IMG/VR virus record: IMGVR_UViG_3300037833_000027
Coordinates: 1 to 54,818 of that record
Strand: one strand, 5' to 3'
DNA length: 54,818 bases
Origin: a virus
Lineage: Duplodnaviria > Caudoviricetes
Every line of letters starts with the position of its first letter. Within the stretch, counting starts at the first letter, position 1. The notes beneath the pieces are model-generated. The model had not been told where the DNA came from. It saw nothing but the letters and a program-made list of their open reading frames with translations, and searched no databases. This document shows positions 18,693-28,899 of the stretch, one piece after another. A program made the position numbers and the translations under genes.

Positions 18693-19733
18693 TTACGCCG
18701 CGCCCCCTCCGCGAGGATGGCGCGTCGTGCGCACCGCTGTTAGCGGCGCGCACCGCTCGATCAGCGCAAGGAGCTCGCGGTCGGCGCGAACCACATACAC
18801 GGCCTGACTTTTTAGCTTTCCCACCCGCAGCTGAGATCTGCGCCCGGCTGGCGCCTTTGGTAGGAAGTGATCCGCGGCAAAACCGAGCTGACGACGGATT
18901 TCTTGAAGCCTCTTTCTGTACGTGGCCGGGTCGAGCGGGTCGTCCGCGTAGAGCGTAGCGTCCGTGGGGGGCAGCGGGCGCCGCGCGCTTAGCATCAGGG
19001 CGAGTAGCGTATCGACCCACGCCGCCAAGTGATGCTTGGGACCACCGCTGTAGAGGCCCGCCATGGGACGAACGTTTGACTCGCCACCCGACGGCGACAT
19101 GAAAATCTGTCGCCTCACCACGTCGACGAGGAGCAGGGGCCGGTTGCAGGCCCAGCTAATGAGGTCCTCTCGCGTTACCTGCTGAAACCGCGTGACGTCG
19201 CCTACGAACGCGTCGAACGGCTGCTCACTCGCGCACTTGAGCCCGTTGAAGTCCGCCCCGCCGGCGACGGGAAAACCACGATTGAACGCCTCCTCGTACA
19301 CCGCCGACCAGTTGACAGAAGCCGCGCCATTGAACGCCCGTGTGGTCTCCAGAATTGGCACGTGCCGCCCGTAGCTGCCCGGGACCTCCTCCAGCTGTGC
19401 CAAGAACACCAGTCGGTTGAGCCTCGAAAGGTCCAAATAACTGTCAGCGGGGCGCAACGCCAGCCCGGTGGACCGGCACATCAAATGCAAGAACCGCAGG
19501 TCAGCCTGCAAAGGAGTGTTTGCCGCGGGAAGCGCCAATGGCCCGGTTGGCACATTGACATGTAGAAGGCCTACGCAATCAGGCCGTGGTGCAAGACTGG
19601 TGAAGACGAGGATCTGCAGCGTGGCGTCTCGACAGCCCAGCCTCCCCGGGTAGACGCTGTCCGCGCGGCGGGCGCCTAGTACGCAACAAATCAGTTCCCG
19701 CCCGACCGGTACCGGTATGGGTTTCTCGGTCAT
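18693..19733 (-). CDS. Hypothetical protein (346 aa)
   Basis: Long ORF with gagga RBS, co-oriented with the primase. Confidence 0.65.
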   Translation of the reverse strand: MTEKPIPVPVGRELICCVLGARRADSVYPGRLGCRDATLQILVFTSLAPRPDCVGLLHVNVPTGPLALPAANTPLQADLRFLHLMCRSTGLALRPADSYLDLSRLNRLVFLAQLEEVPGSYGRHVPILETTRAFNGAASVNWSAVYEEAFNRGFPVAGGADFNGLKCASEQPFDAFVGDVTRFQQVTREDLISWACNRPLLLVDVVRRQIFMSPSGGESNVRPMAGLYSGGPKHHLAAWVDTLLALMLSARRPLPPTDATLYADDPLDPATYRKRLQEIRRQLGFAADHFLPKAPAGRRSQLRVGKLKSQAVYVVRADRELLALIERCAPLTAVRTTRHPRGGGAA

Positions 19734-19794
19734 GTCCTCTGCCTCGCCGTCGTTCTGCCGGGACGCCGTCCGAATCCGACTTATCTCGGCCCCG

Positions 19795-19821
19795 GGTGTT
19801 CCAGCGTTCCAGCGTTCCGGA
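19795..19821 (-). repeat. Iteron-like 27 bp element, inverted partner of 16075-16101
   Basis: ggtgttccagcgttccagcgttccgga; reverse complement matches 26/27. Confidence 0.85.
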
Positions 19822-20611
19822 TTCGGGCTAACGCCGAGTTTAACCTGACCGCATGGTTACGCAGCGTCCGGACCGTCACCGGGACGTTCACCCGCTACTT
19901 GACAAGGGCAGGCCGTACCACCGTGTGCTCGTTAAGGCTGCCGCCACCGCAGAGGCTGATAGTTCCGGTGCAACGACGACCGAGATAGCCACGATGGCGT
20001 TCTACGTTCAGCGTCTCACACTGGGAATTCGCGGTCCCAGCAGCCATTCGGTTATCAATTCGACCGGGCCTTCGCGACTCCACCGGCCGCCACTCGTGAC
20101 TCAATTGTGGCCGCGGTTGTCCCGCCTCAACCCTGACTTTCTAGTCTTCCCCGAGTTGGGCGTGAACACTCGGTAGTCGGGGTCAAACAGCGACTCCCAG
20201 TTGACCTCCTTCGTTCCGATGGTTGGGCGCGCGCCGGCGCGGTTGCCGAGCAACTCCGGCAGCCAGTCGCCGACAAACGAGTTCCAATGGACCGCTTTGT
20301 GCAGACCCGCCTATTGCTGATCCCTTGCGTACCAGACGTTGAGGAACAGGGCCGGTGCAGCCAAACGCTCGGGGTGGTGCCTGTCGCCCCAGGACCACCG
20401 GGACAAGTTCAACGGCGGGTTCGCGTTCAGCGTTTTCCACCCCGGCACCAGCGTTCTGACACTGCCGTTCTCGGTCTCCAAGCTGATCGGCAACGATTAA
20501 TTCTTGTTGCAACATGAGTTAGGACGAAGTTTGATTCATACTGGATGACTGGTAGCATGACACAATCGCTAGCGGTGGGTTCACCTCCAACCGCCGCGGC
20601 TTGGACTGCCC

Positions 20612-21976
20612 ATGACGAAAGCTGTTTATCTCCCCGCTATAGAAGAGGTACGAGGGCGCGTGCTTGGCAGCCCGATTCAGCAGTACCGTTGGGTCGCCGG
20701 ATCCGTGGACGGATCCATTCAAGCTTACAACAGGGGGGTAGTGAACGGGCATGCGTTCACCCCTGTCGCTGGTTGTACCCACGCGTGCGGGGAGTTCTTG
20801 ATTCTGGGTAAGCCGTCCAGCTCGCGCGCTCTCCCCAAGCTGGTTCTGCTCGCCCCGAACGGCCCACCGGCCGATGCCGCCGGAGCCCGGGCGTGTCGGT
20901 GGCTGCAACCACACCCGGCCGGACTGCCTGACGTCGTGCAGTGCGAGGCAGCGGCCGACGCGGTCAGGAAATCGTGGACAGGACAGTTCCAATTTAAGGC
21001 GGAACGTCGCGAAGGCGATCGACTCATCGAAGAAGGACTGCGCCCACCGCAGATCGGCGCGTTGCACAACGTGCTCGGGCACTGGACGGTCTCGAACGAT
21101 CCAGCCACGATCGTGATGCCGACCGGAACCGGCAAGACGGAGACGATGTTGGCCCTGCTCGTCGCGGAGCGGCTCGAACGCGTGCTCGTCATCGTCCCCA
21201 CCAACGCGCTGCGCGAGCAGATCACGGGAAAGTTCCTGACGCTCGGCGTGCTCAAGGCGGCGGGAGTCATCGCCGCCGGCGCGCGGCTGCCGATCGTCGG
21301 CACATTGTTGCAACGCCCGAAGACTGTCGCCGAGGCGGGCGAGTTCTTCCGGCGGTGCAACGTCGTGATCACGACCGCCGCCATCGTCGGCAACTGCTCG
21401 GACGCGGTACGGCGCAAGGTCGCCGAGTATTGCAGCCATCTGATCGTTGACGAGGCGCATCACGTCACGGCACCCACATGGGAGTGCATCCGAGCCGCAT
21501 TCAAAGGGAAGCCGGTCCTGCAATTCACTGCCACGCCGTACCGCGGGGACGGGAAGCTGGTCGACGGCAAGGTGGTCTACAACTACCCCCTGCGGAAGGC
21601 CCAGGCGGAGCGGTATTTCCAGCCGATCCGATTCAAGGCCATCCAGGAGTACAACGACGACAAGAGCGACGAGAAAATCGCGGGTGCGGCCATCGCGCAG
21701 CTGAACGCCGATCTTGCTGCCGGCCGGGACCACCTGATGATGGCGCGGTGTTCGACCATTCAGCGGGCGGAGGAACTTTACGCCCTGTACACAAAGCTCG
21801 CCGCCGCCCACAAGCCGGTGCTGGCTCACAGCCAACTCGCGACATCGACAAATCGCGAGGCGGTGCGACAACTCCGCGAGCGGGAGAGCCGCATCGTCGT
21901 CTGCGTCGATATGTTCGGGGAGCCGCGCAGTGCGATTTACGATGCACGTGGGGGCGGATACCCTCGTGCTGCTTAG
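20612..21976 (+). pseudogene. SF2 DEAH helicase (ResIII-like), C-terminally truncated
   Basis: LRPPQIGA, MPTGTGKT, IVDEAHH, FTATPYR; helicase sequence stops at VCVDMFGE before motif VI. Confidence 0.85.
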
Positions 21977-22875
21977 AGCCTCTAACACAACCGGCAAAAC
22001 GTGGGTTCGCGCCGCGGCCGGCCCGGCGGACGATGCGGCGAGCCAGTCACGGAGGACGCCATGGCCAAGCCGCTCGTCCCGGACGAACTTTGGGCGATCG
22101 TCGAACCGCTGCTCCCGCCGCACGCCCCGCGGCCCAAGGGCGGCCGCCCGCCGGTCGAGGACCGCGCGTGCCTGGCCGGCGTCCTGTTCGTGCTCAAGAC
22201 GGGCATCGGGTGGGAGGACCTGCCGGCCGAGATGGGGTGCGGGTCGGGCATGACGTGCTGGCGCCGCCTGCGCGACTGGCACGCGGCCGGCGTGTTCGAC
22301 CGGCTGCACGCGGCCCTGCTGGCCGAACTGCGCGCGGCCGGGTGCGTCGACTGGGAGCACACGGTCGTCGACAGCGCGAGCGTCCGCGCGGTTTTTGGGG
22401 GGGCCTCACCGGACCCAACCCGACCGACCGGGTCAAGGCCGGCACGAAGCACCACGTCGCGACCGACGCCGGCGGCGTCCCGGTGGCGGCCGTCGTCACC
22501 GCGGCGAACCGGAACGACGTGACGCAGTTGATCCCGCTGGTCGACGCGATCCCGCCGATCCGCGGGGCGGTCGGCGCGCCGCTGACCAAGCCGAAGGAGG
22601 TGATCGCCGACCGCGGGTACGACAGCGACCCGCTCCGGATGACGCTGTCGGGGCGTGGCATCCGCCCGACGGCCGCGCGGCGGAACACGGGCCATGGGAG
22701 CGGGCTGGGCGTGCTGCGGTGGGTGGTCGAGCGGACCCTGAGCTGGCTGCACCAGGCCCGGCGGCTCCGCGTCCGGTACGACCGGACGGCCGCGATCCAC
22801 GAGGCGTTCGTGAAACTCCGGTGCGGGGTGATCTGCTTCAGCCTGCCACAGTCGGAGGCGTTTTGTTAGACGCTC
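21976..22875 (+). mobile_element. IS5-family insertion sequence, 900 bp, TTA target duplication
   Basis: Terminal IRs gagcctctaacacaa / ttttgttagacgctc, flanked by tta at 21973-21975 and 22876-22878. Confidence 0.9.
22061..22869 (+). CDS. IS5-family transposase, two ORFs joined by probable -1 frameshift near 22392-22403
   Basis: ELWAIVEPLLP...GIGWEDLP...TCWRR...VDS; then GTKHH...ADRGYDS...RWVVERTLSW; slippery TTTTTGGGGGGG. Confidence 0.9.
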
Positions 22876-23028
22876 TTAGGGCACGCGGGCGACCGACCAT
22901 TTGAAAGTCGTTCACCACGCGTCCCTTTACGGGCTCATAAAATTACGCCCAACCGCCTGTTCTGATCTGCTGGATCCTTTGCGGGGCTGACGCCTCCGCC
23001 GTAACCTTTGCAGATAGGACAGGAGCCG

Positions 23029-24495
23029 ATGGCATCGATGCAAGCCCGTCTGAAGCAACATTTTACGGACGCCAAGCAGATCAATCAGATGATGTGCCAC
23101 CTGCTTGGCCCCGTCGATGGCTGTACAGTGCTAGAACCTTGCGTCGGACATGGGGCCTTCTTAAAGGGCCTCAACGGACGTCCGAAGCTGGTGGACGTAA
23201 TCGACGTGGATGATGCAGCCCTTGAAGTGGTCCGTTCGCAGTTTGAGCACCTGCCACTCAGAACTTTCCATGCTGATTTCGTAGATCTCTTCGTCAATAG
23301 CCTGCCGAACAGCCGTCACCCAATCAATCAAACGGCCTACGACCGAACGATTTGTAACCCACCGTATGGTTTATTTTTCGACCTTTCGTATCGAAAAGAG
23401 ATCAAGCGGGCGTTTCCTAACGTCTATGCACGCGAGTCCTACGGCCTCTTCTTCAGTTTCGCACTTTCGAGATTACGGCCGGGCGGTACGTATGTTTTTC
23501 TGCTACCTGACACTTTTTTGTCCAGCCGGAATCACCGGCCACTGCGCGCGTTTGCCTGCACTGACGCCGCACCTACTCACGTAATCAGGTTTCCATCGAA
23601 GTTGTTTGAGACCGTTAACTTCGGTTACGGCAACTTGTGCATCATCGCAGGGGAGCGGAGAGAACTTCGTAGCACCGATCAAGTGCAATGGCTTGACCTC
23701 TTCGGAAATGACGCAGACTTGTCGTTAAGTCGGCTAGAGGATGCACGGTACGTACCGGGGTCGGTTTTACTGGCGGGCGTTCAAGACGGCTGGTCGTCCA
23801 GCACGTTATCAGCAGCAGATACGGCTTCGCAGACCTTGGCGGAAGTGGCCGACTGCAAGACGGGGATCTATTCGGGAGACAATGAACGATTTCTAGGCTT
23901 CGACGTGACGCGGGCCGCAAGGCAGCTTAATGGCCACAAGATCGATTGGGACCGTCAGGTATACGTCGAGCCGTTGAGCGACGATCAAAGGCGAAATGGA
24001 CTTGAAGGCCAGCGATGCTACGTGCCCCTCATTCGTGGCGGTCACCGTCTCCCCTTTGAGTTCACTGCTTGGGCGATTGATTGGTCGCTGGAAGCGGTTA
24101 AGCACTACCGAGAGGATAAGAAGGCCCGACTTCAAAATGCTCGATTCTACTTTAAGTCGGGCTTGTCTGTCCCGATGGTGACGACCAAGCGTATCTCGGC
24201 AGCGTTGCTTGAAAGTGCTGTTTTCGATCAGGGCGTGGTCGGGGTCTTCCCCCACCGTGCATCGCAACGAGCGGCTCTCCTCCTGTACCTGAACTCCGCG
24301 ATAGCTTCGCAGAAGATGAAAGCGCTCGTGAACGGGAGTGCGAATAACTCCGCCAATTACCTGAAGCGGCTTCCGGTTCCCCGGTTTAGCGAAGCTGATG
24401 AGCTGCGTGCAATTGCGATTGTTGACGCTGCCCAGCACTCGGGGCAGCTCCTCCAGGAGACGTGCGACGCTTTTATTCGTGGTTTACCAACGTAG
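23029..24495 (+). CDS. N6-adenine DNA methyltransferase (gamma class, TaqI/Eco57I-like)
   Basis: QHFT, VLEPCVGHGAF, ICNPPY, C-terminal target-recognition region with YLNS. Confidence 0.9.
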   Translation: MASMQARLKQHFTDAKQINQMMCHLLGPVDGCTVLEPCVGHGAFLKGLNGRPKLVDVIDVDDAALEVVRSQFEHLPLRTFHADFVDLFVNSLPNSRHPINQTAYDRTICNPPYGLFFDLSYRKEIKRAFPNVYARESYGLFFSFALSRLRPGGTYVFLLPDTFLSSRNHRPLRAFACTDAAPTHVIRFPSKLFETVNFGYGNLCIIAGERRELRSTDQVQWLDLFGNDADLSLSRLEDARYVPGSVLLAGVQDGWSSSTLSAADTASQTLAEVADCKTGIYSGDNERFLGFDVTRAARQLNGHKIDWDRQVYVEPLSDDQRRNGLEGQRCYVPLIRGGHRLPFEFTAWAIDWSLEAVKHYREDKKARLQNARFYFKSGLSVPMVTTKRISAALLESAVFDQGVVGVFPHRASQRAALLLYLNSAIASQKMKALVNGSANNSANYLKRLPVPRFSEADELRAIAIVDAAQHSGQLLQETCDAFIRGLPT

Positions 24496-25341
24496 GTAGC
24501 CCCGAAGGTTGTTAGCCCCGAGGAAGGCAACGAAGTCCGGCGAAAGGTCGGCGTCCCAATCGATTACATCACGCCGGACTGCCTGCATGTCGGCACCGGT
24601 CAGTTGCGAGATTTGTGCGTAGGCGTTGTCGCCGGTGTGTACATCCCACAAACCTGACCTCTTCAGCACCTTCAAGTAGTTATTGTTCTCGTCCTGACGA
24701 ACAAGCAGCATCAGCCGCGTGTCTGGATTCCATATTTTGTATGCCCGGCCAACCGTAAGGAGCCGGACCATATTGCCCTTTTCGTTAGACCCAAATCCGC
24801 TTTTGAAGTCGATCACATGCGGTACGTCGTCCACCGAGAACACTTCATCTTCGGACATGTTGATGTCGCCCACGATCTCGAACAGAGTGGCTACGTCCTT
24901 CAACACGTCGTCCCGTTTTTCATGACCGTCGAGGTTGTCAGTGATCCGTCCAAGCAGTTCCCCACGTACGGTATCAAATGAGGGCATTGCGATACGTTTT
25001 ACTCCGGGGCGGCTGGGGAGGTCCCAGGCGGAGTTGCAGAATGCCTGCCAAAGTTCTCCTACTCGTCGAGAGAAGGCCATGTACTCGTATGGCCAGACGC
25101 TGTGGCGGTATTCGAGGCTTGCCACCGAGCAGCAGTATTGAAGCGTTAGTGCGGCATCCGGTCGCTCAGCAACCGGAAGTGCGGCGATGCGATGGACAAA
25201 TCCTTGGCGAGCGGCGCTAATGGCTGCGTTCACCAACTTCGCCTTGTCCTCCCGCTCACCGCCACCATTAGCGATTCGTGCCACTTGCGGCTGGACCTGC
25301 TGGTGTATTCTCTCAAGAATTTCGACCTTGGCGACGGGCAT
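24484..25341 (-). CDS. Putative type II restriction endonuclease
   Basis: Convergent with and overlapping the methylase; EDEVF...VIDFKSGF PD-(D/E)XK-like motif. Confidence 0.65.
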   Translation of the reverse strand: MPVAKVEILERIHQQVQPQVARIANGGGEREDKAKLVNAAISAARQGFVHRIAALPVAERPDAALTLQYCCSVASLEYRHSVWPYEYMAFSRRVGELWQAFCNSAWDLPSRPGVKRIAMPSFDTVRGELLGRITDNLDGHEKRDDVLKDVATLFEIVGDINMSEDEVFSVDDVPHVIDFKSGFGSNEKGNMVRLLTVGRAYKIWNPDTRLMLLVRQDENNNYLKVLKRSGLWDVHTGDNAYAQISQLTGADMQAVRRDVIDWDADLSPDFVAFLGANNLRGYLRW

Positions 25342-25574
25342 CCCCGCACCTCCTGGCGAACAGCCGCTCACAAGCGGCAGGTTCGCAGAAAGTCTATGGG
25401 GTACGGGTCGGATGTAAAGAACGGGCGCGCGGCTAGGGCGACGAACTCGTTAGAACGCTGGGCTCCTCTCTGTCCCCCGGCACGGGAAGTACCGTGGACG
25501 CAACGCTTAGCCTGTAGTGTGTGCTTATGCTGGACGTGTCGTTGAGACGGTTGATGACTACGTCCATGGTTTGG

Positions 25575-26081
25575 GGGAAATCGATGTTGGCCGCCCGTGT
25601 TCCCGGCATCCTCCCCCCGCTCTCCCGCGCCGAGTCTCTCGAGACCACACGGATCTACTCCGCGCTCGGCCTGCTGCCGGACGGCGTTGCCTTGATGGAT
25701 CGCCGCCCGGTCCGCACCCCCCACCATTCCGCGACGGCCCAGTCCCTCGTCGGCGGCGGCACGATCCCCAAGCCCGGCGAGGTCTCGCTCGCCCACCACG
25801 GCGTCCTGTTCCTCGACGAGCTTCCCGAGTTCTCACGGTACGTCCTCGAGATGCTCCGCCAGCCGCTCGAGTCGGGCGAGGTGACCGTCGCCCGCGTCCA
25901 CTCCTCGATCAAGTTCCCCGCCAAGTTCATGCTCGTCGCCGCCATGAACCCGACCGCCTCCGGCCACAACGCCAGCGACCCGAGCAAACGCAACAAGTAC
26001 CTCGAAAAGCTCTCCGGCCCCCTGCTCGACCGGATCGACCTCCACGTCGAGGTGCCCGCCGTCCCCTACTCCGAGCTGACC
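25575..26081 (+). pseudogene. comM: Internal fragment of ComM/YifB Mg-chelatase-like AAA+ ATPase
   Basis: [53 protein letters not shown]; both termini missing. Confidence 0.92.
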
Positions 26082-26418
26082 CAGTGTCACCCGAAGTGTG
26101 ACTCGGCTGCGCATCGACGTGCGGCTTGAGTTCCCCCGCATTTCCCACCGTCCCCGCATCGACCCCAACATCAAGAAGGCCAACGACAAGGCCCGCAACA
26201 GGCGCTGGCAGATCGCCAACAAGGCGAAGCTCGCCCTCTGGGCACGGCTCAACCGTGCCAAGAAGCGGGCGGCGACGTGTGAGCACTGCGCCCCGCCCTC
26301 CCCGCAGCATCAGGCCGCAGCCTACGCCCGGTGGGGCAAGCCCACTGCCCAGACCAAGTAACCCCGCTCCGAGGCCACACGCCACCTTGGCGTGTGGAAC
26401 CGTTTTGACAAGGAGGCC

Positions 26419-26625
26419 ATGACCATGCCCGACCGCGACACTCCCGCAACCGAACTAGCCGCCCTTGCAGATGGGTTGATCGACCAGACCGCCAGCGAGA
26501 TCGGCAGCGACGACCCCGAGGCCGTGGCCGACCAGTTGAAGGCCGACCTCGACCAGTTCCCCGAGCACGCCGTGACGATTCGGGCGGCGCTTGAACGTCT
26601 CAAGGTCAAAAGCGTGTCGGCCTAA
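26419..26625 (+). CDS. Small hypothetical phage protein
   Basis: ATG with aaggagg RBS. Confidence 0.6.
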   Translation: MTMPDRDTPATELAALADGLIDQTASEIGSDDPEAVADQLKADLDQFPEHAVTIRAALERLKVKSVSA

Positions 26626-26784
26626 GTCGTCATCGCGGGCATAGTCGATGAGACCTACATGCCCGCGACGTGCGGGCAAAACGGCAGTCTGCAAAACCGC
26701 CGAGCCGAGCAACCAACTATGAGCCGACAGACCTGAACGGACTGCCGACATAATCTTCATCGCGCTCATGGCGATGGTTGCTCC

Positions 26785-26826
26785 GACTCGGAAGGGCTTG
26801 CAGACCCCTTCCGAGTCTCTTTTTTT
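26785..26826 (+). terminator. Intrinsic terminator or attenuator upstream of replication genes
   Basis: 12 bp stem gactcggaaggg/cccttccgagtc followed by a T run. Confidence 0.75.
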
Positions 26827-26837
26827 GGAGCACACAC

Positions 26838-27074
26838 ATGCAACAGCATGAACCGACCGAGACCGAATACTTGGACGCGATCCTCGCCGTCGAGAAGATC
26901 GGCGAGATCATCGCGGAGTTCTCCCGCACCACGTCGCAGTGGACCGACTTCCGCGACAACCTCTTCGACCGGCTCGCCGAGATCGTGGCCGAGCACCGCA
27001 CGGGGTGCGACACGTTCAACCGGATCGACCGCATCATCACCGCCATCACCACCGGCGATATGGAGGGCAAGTAA
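26838..27074 (+). CDS. Small hypothetical phage protein
   Basis: ATG with ggag RBS; stop abuts next start. Confidence 0.6.
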   Translation: MQQHEPTETEYLDAILAVEKIGEIIAEFSRTTSQWTDFRDNLFDRLAEIVAEHRTGCDTFNRIDRIITAITTGDMEGK

Positions 27075-28790
27075 GTGGCCCCCATCGACCCCGAAACACA
27101 GAAGGCCGAGGACTGCTTCCTCCAACTCGTGACTACCGACCGCGAGGCGTGCGCCCGGTGGGTCGAGACGAACGACCCGCCCGTCGAGAACTTCCACGAG
27201 AAGCACCGCAGGCTGGCGGGGAACGTCTACGAACGCTGGGAGAAGCATCAAGCCCTGTACACCCGCGAGGCCGCGAACGAGGACGCCGAGGCCCTGCCGA
27301 GGCGGGAGCGGATCGGCTACCTGTCCGCGTTCTCCGGGACCAAGTTCGTTGACACCCGCGTCAAGAAAGACAACCAGCCGACCTACGCCGCCGCCGTCAA
27401 CGAGGCGGCGAGGAAGCGGGCGACCCTCGCCGCCGTCGAACTGATCCGGGAGGGGAAGGCCGTCGAGGCAGCCGAGGCCATCCTCTCGGCCGCACGCCCC
27501 GAGCCACCCAAACCGCAGGAGCGCCCGCCCCTGTCGTTCGACCTGTCCCGACTCCCCGCGAAGCTCGTGAAGGGGTTTGCGGGGTTGACCCGGTTGAACC
27601 CCCTGTTGTCCGCAAGCGGGCAGATCATGGTTCCGTTCGCCGTCGCGGGCACGATCATCGGGAAGCGAATGGAACTCGACAACTTGTGCAACCTGTACTA
27701 CCCGAACATCTGGACAGTGGTCATTGCCCCAACCAACAGCAACAAGACGGGAACCCGCAACCTAGTTCTGCGGTCACTCCCGGACCACTTGAAGTTGCCC
27801 GACTCCCCGACGTGCGAAGCCCTGATTGACCGGATCGGCGGCACGTTCAAGAAGGAATCGGGTGAAGAGCTTACCCTCGCCCTTGCCGCAGCCGCGACGG
27901 CCAGCAGGGCGAACCTCAACGGCGGGTGCATCGTGGCCGACGAGGTGACGGGGACGCTCCGCAAGCTGATCGGCGAGCCGATGGGGAACGGCAAGGGGGA
28001 GCAGAACTTGGAGACCGTGTTGAAGCTCGCCACCTCGGGCGAGTCTATCGAGCAGCCCCGGACCACGGCGGGCCACCGTGCCGCCTACGACTGTTGCGTG
28101 AGCCTGATCGGGTTCACCCAGAACGACACGTGGCAGGCGTGCTACGGGGACGACAAGTACCGTTCGGTGGGGTTGATCGGCCGCATCATCACCTGTTGCG
28201 ACGGGTTGCAGTTCACCAACATGCCCGAGGCCGACAGGGACGACTGGACCGCGTTCGTAGCCGCCGTGTCCAACATGGGCGACCCGTTCGACGAGGCGGA
28301 CCACCGCGACCACAGGAACCGTGCCGTCATCACGGCCGAGAACGACAGCATCGGCCCCGTCATGCGGGAGATCAAGAAAACGCCCGCGTGGGAGGCGTTG
28401 CGCTACGCCGTGGGCGACTACTCGGACAGCCTCTATGGGAAGGTCATCGCTCAGGGGGCCAAGCTCGCGATGGTGTGCGCGTGGATCGAGCGGACAGGCC
28501 CCGCCAAGTGGCTCGCGGCCTGTTGCGAGCTTGTGGCCTGCTGCTGGGCCAACTACTTCACGAGGACGGCGGGCAGCACGGCCAAGCTGGGGGCGAGGGA
28601 CTACGCCGCCCTCGTCTACATCAGGGAGAACCCCGGTTGCACGCCCAACCAGTTGCGAAGGAAGCTCAGCCTGCGGGACATGCGGGAGGTGTGGCTCATC
28701 GTCGGCACGTTGGAGGAAGAAAACCTCATCGAAGTCAGGGAGGGCAAGCGTAAGGACAGCCCCGCCCTCTTCGCCAAGAGAGTGGCGTAG
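27075..28790 (+). CDS. DUF3987-family replication protein (P-loop, C-terminal winged helix)
   Basis: YYPNIWTVVIAPTNSNKT Walker A-like, SPTCEAL, CIVADEV, SLIGFTQ, GLIGR. Confidence 0.75.
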   Translation: MAPIDPETQKAEDCFLQLVTTDREACARWVETNDPPVENFHEKHRRLAGNVYERWEKHQALYTREAANEDAEALPRRERIGYLSAFSGTKFVDTRVKKDNQPTYAAAVNEAARKRATLAAVELIREGKAVEAAEAILSAARPEPPKPQERPPLSFDLSRLPAKLVKGFAGLTRLNPLLSASGQIMVPFAVAGTIIGKRMELDNLCNLYYPNIWTVVIAPTNSNKTGTRNLVLRSLPDHLKLPDSPTCEALIDRIGGTFKKESGEELTLALAAAATASRANLNGGCIVADEVTGTLRKLIGEPMGNGKGEQNLETVLKLATSGESIEQPRTTAGHRAAYDCCVSLIGFTQNDTWQACYGDDKYRSVGLIGRIITCCDGLQFTNMPEADRDDWTAFVAAVSNMGDPFDEADHRDHRNRAVITAENDSIGPVMREIKKTPAWEALRYAVGDYSDSLYGKVIAQGAKLAMVCAWIERTGPAKWLAACCELVACCWANYFTRTAGSTAKLGARDYAALVYIRENPGCTPNQLRRKLSLRDMREVWLIVGTLEEENLIEVREGKRKDSPALFAKRVA

Positions 28791-28833
28791 ACCGGGCGCA
28801 CAACTGGTGGACAGGCAGACAGAGAGGCCCATC

Positions 28834-28880
28834 ACGGGGGTTTCAACAGGCAGGACTCTGCCGGTTGAGACCCCCGTTTT
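28834..28880 (+). terminator. Long hairpin with T tail after the replication gene
   Basis: acgggggtttcaacaggcag/ctgccggttgagacccccgt followed by ttt. Confidence 0.65.
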
Positions 28881-28899
28881 GCTAGTTGCTACGCCAGTC

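Larger units (their letters stand above)
13749..19821 (-). mobile_element. Satellite/IME-like module: hypothetical gene, primase-helicase, large serine recombinase
   Basis: Co-oriented gene order with flanking iteron-like repeats; exact ends not identified. Confidence 0.55.
1..25574. mobile_element. Composite genomic island (integrases, defence genes, IS elements); left end outside window, right end at comM junction
   Basis: Tyrosine integrase, serine recombinase, primase-helicase, R-M genes and IS5 elements with no housekeeping genes; ends where comM sequence begins abruptly. Confidence 0.7.

Noticed and set aside
20101-20493. Possible minus-strand gene with in-frame TAG at 20311-20313 (read-through or recoding)
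   Set aside because: No recognisable family and TAG is used as a normal stop elsewhere; at most a decayed fragment.
20519-22360. 613 aa minus-strand ORF
   Set aside because: Antisense to the helicase and crosses the IS boundary, so it cannot be a coherent gene.
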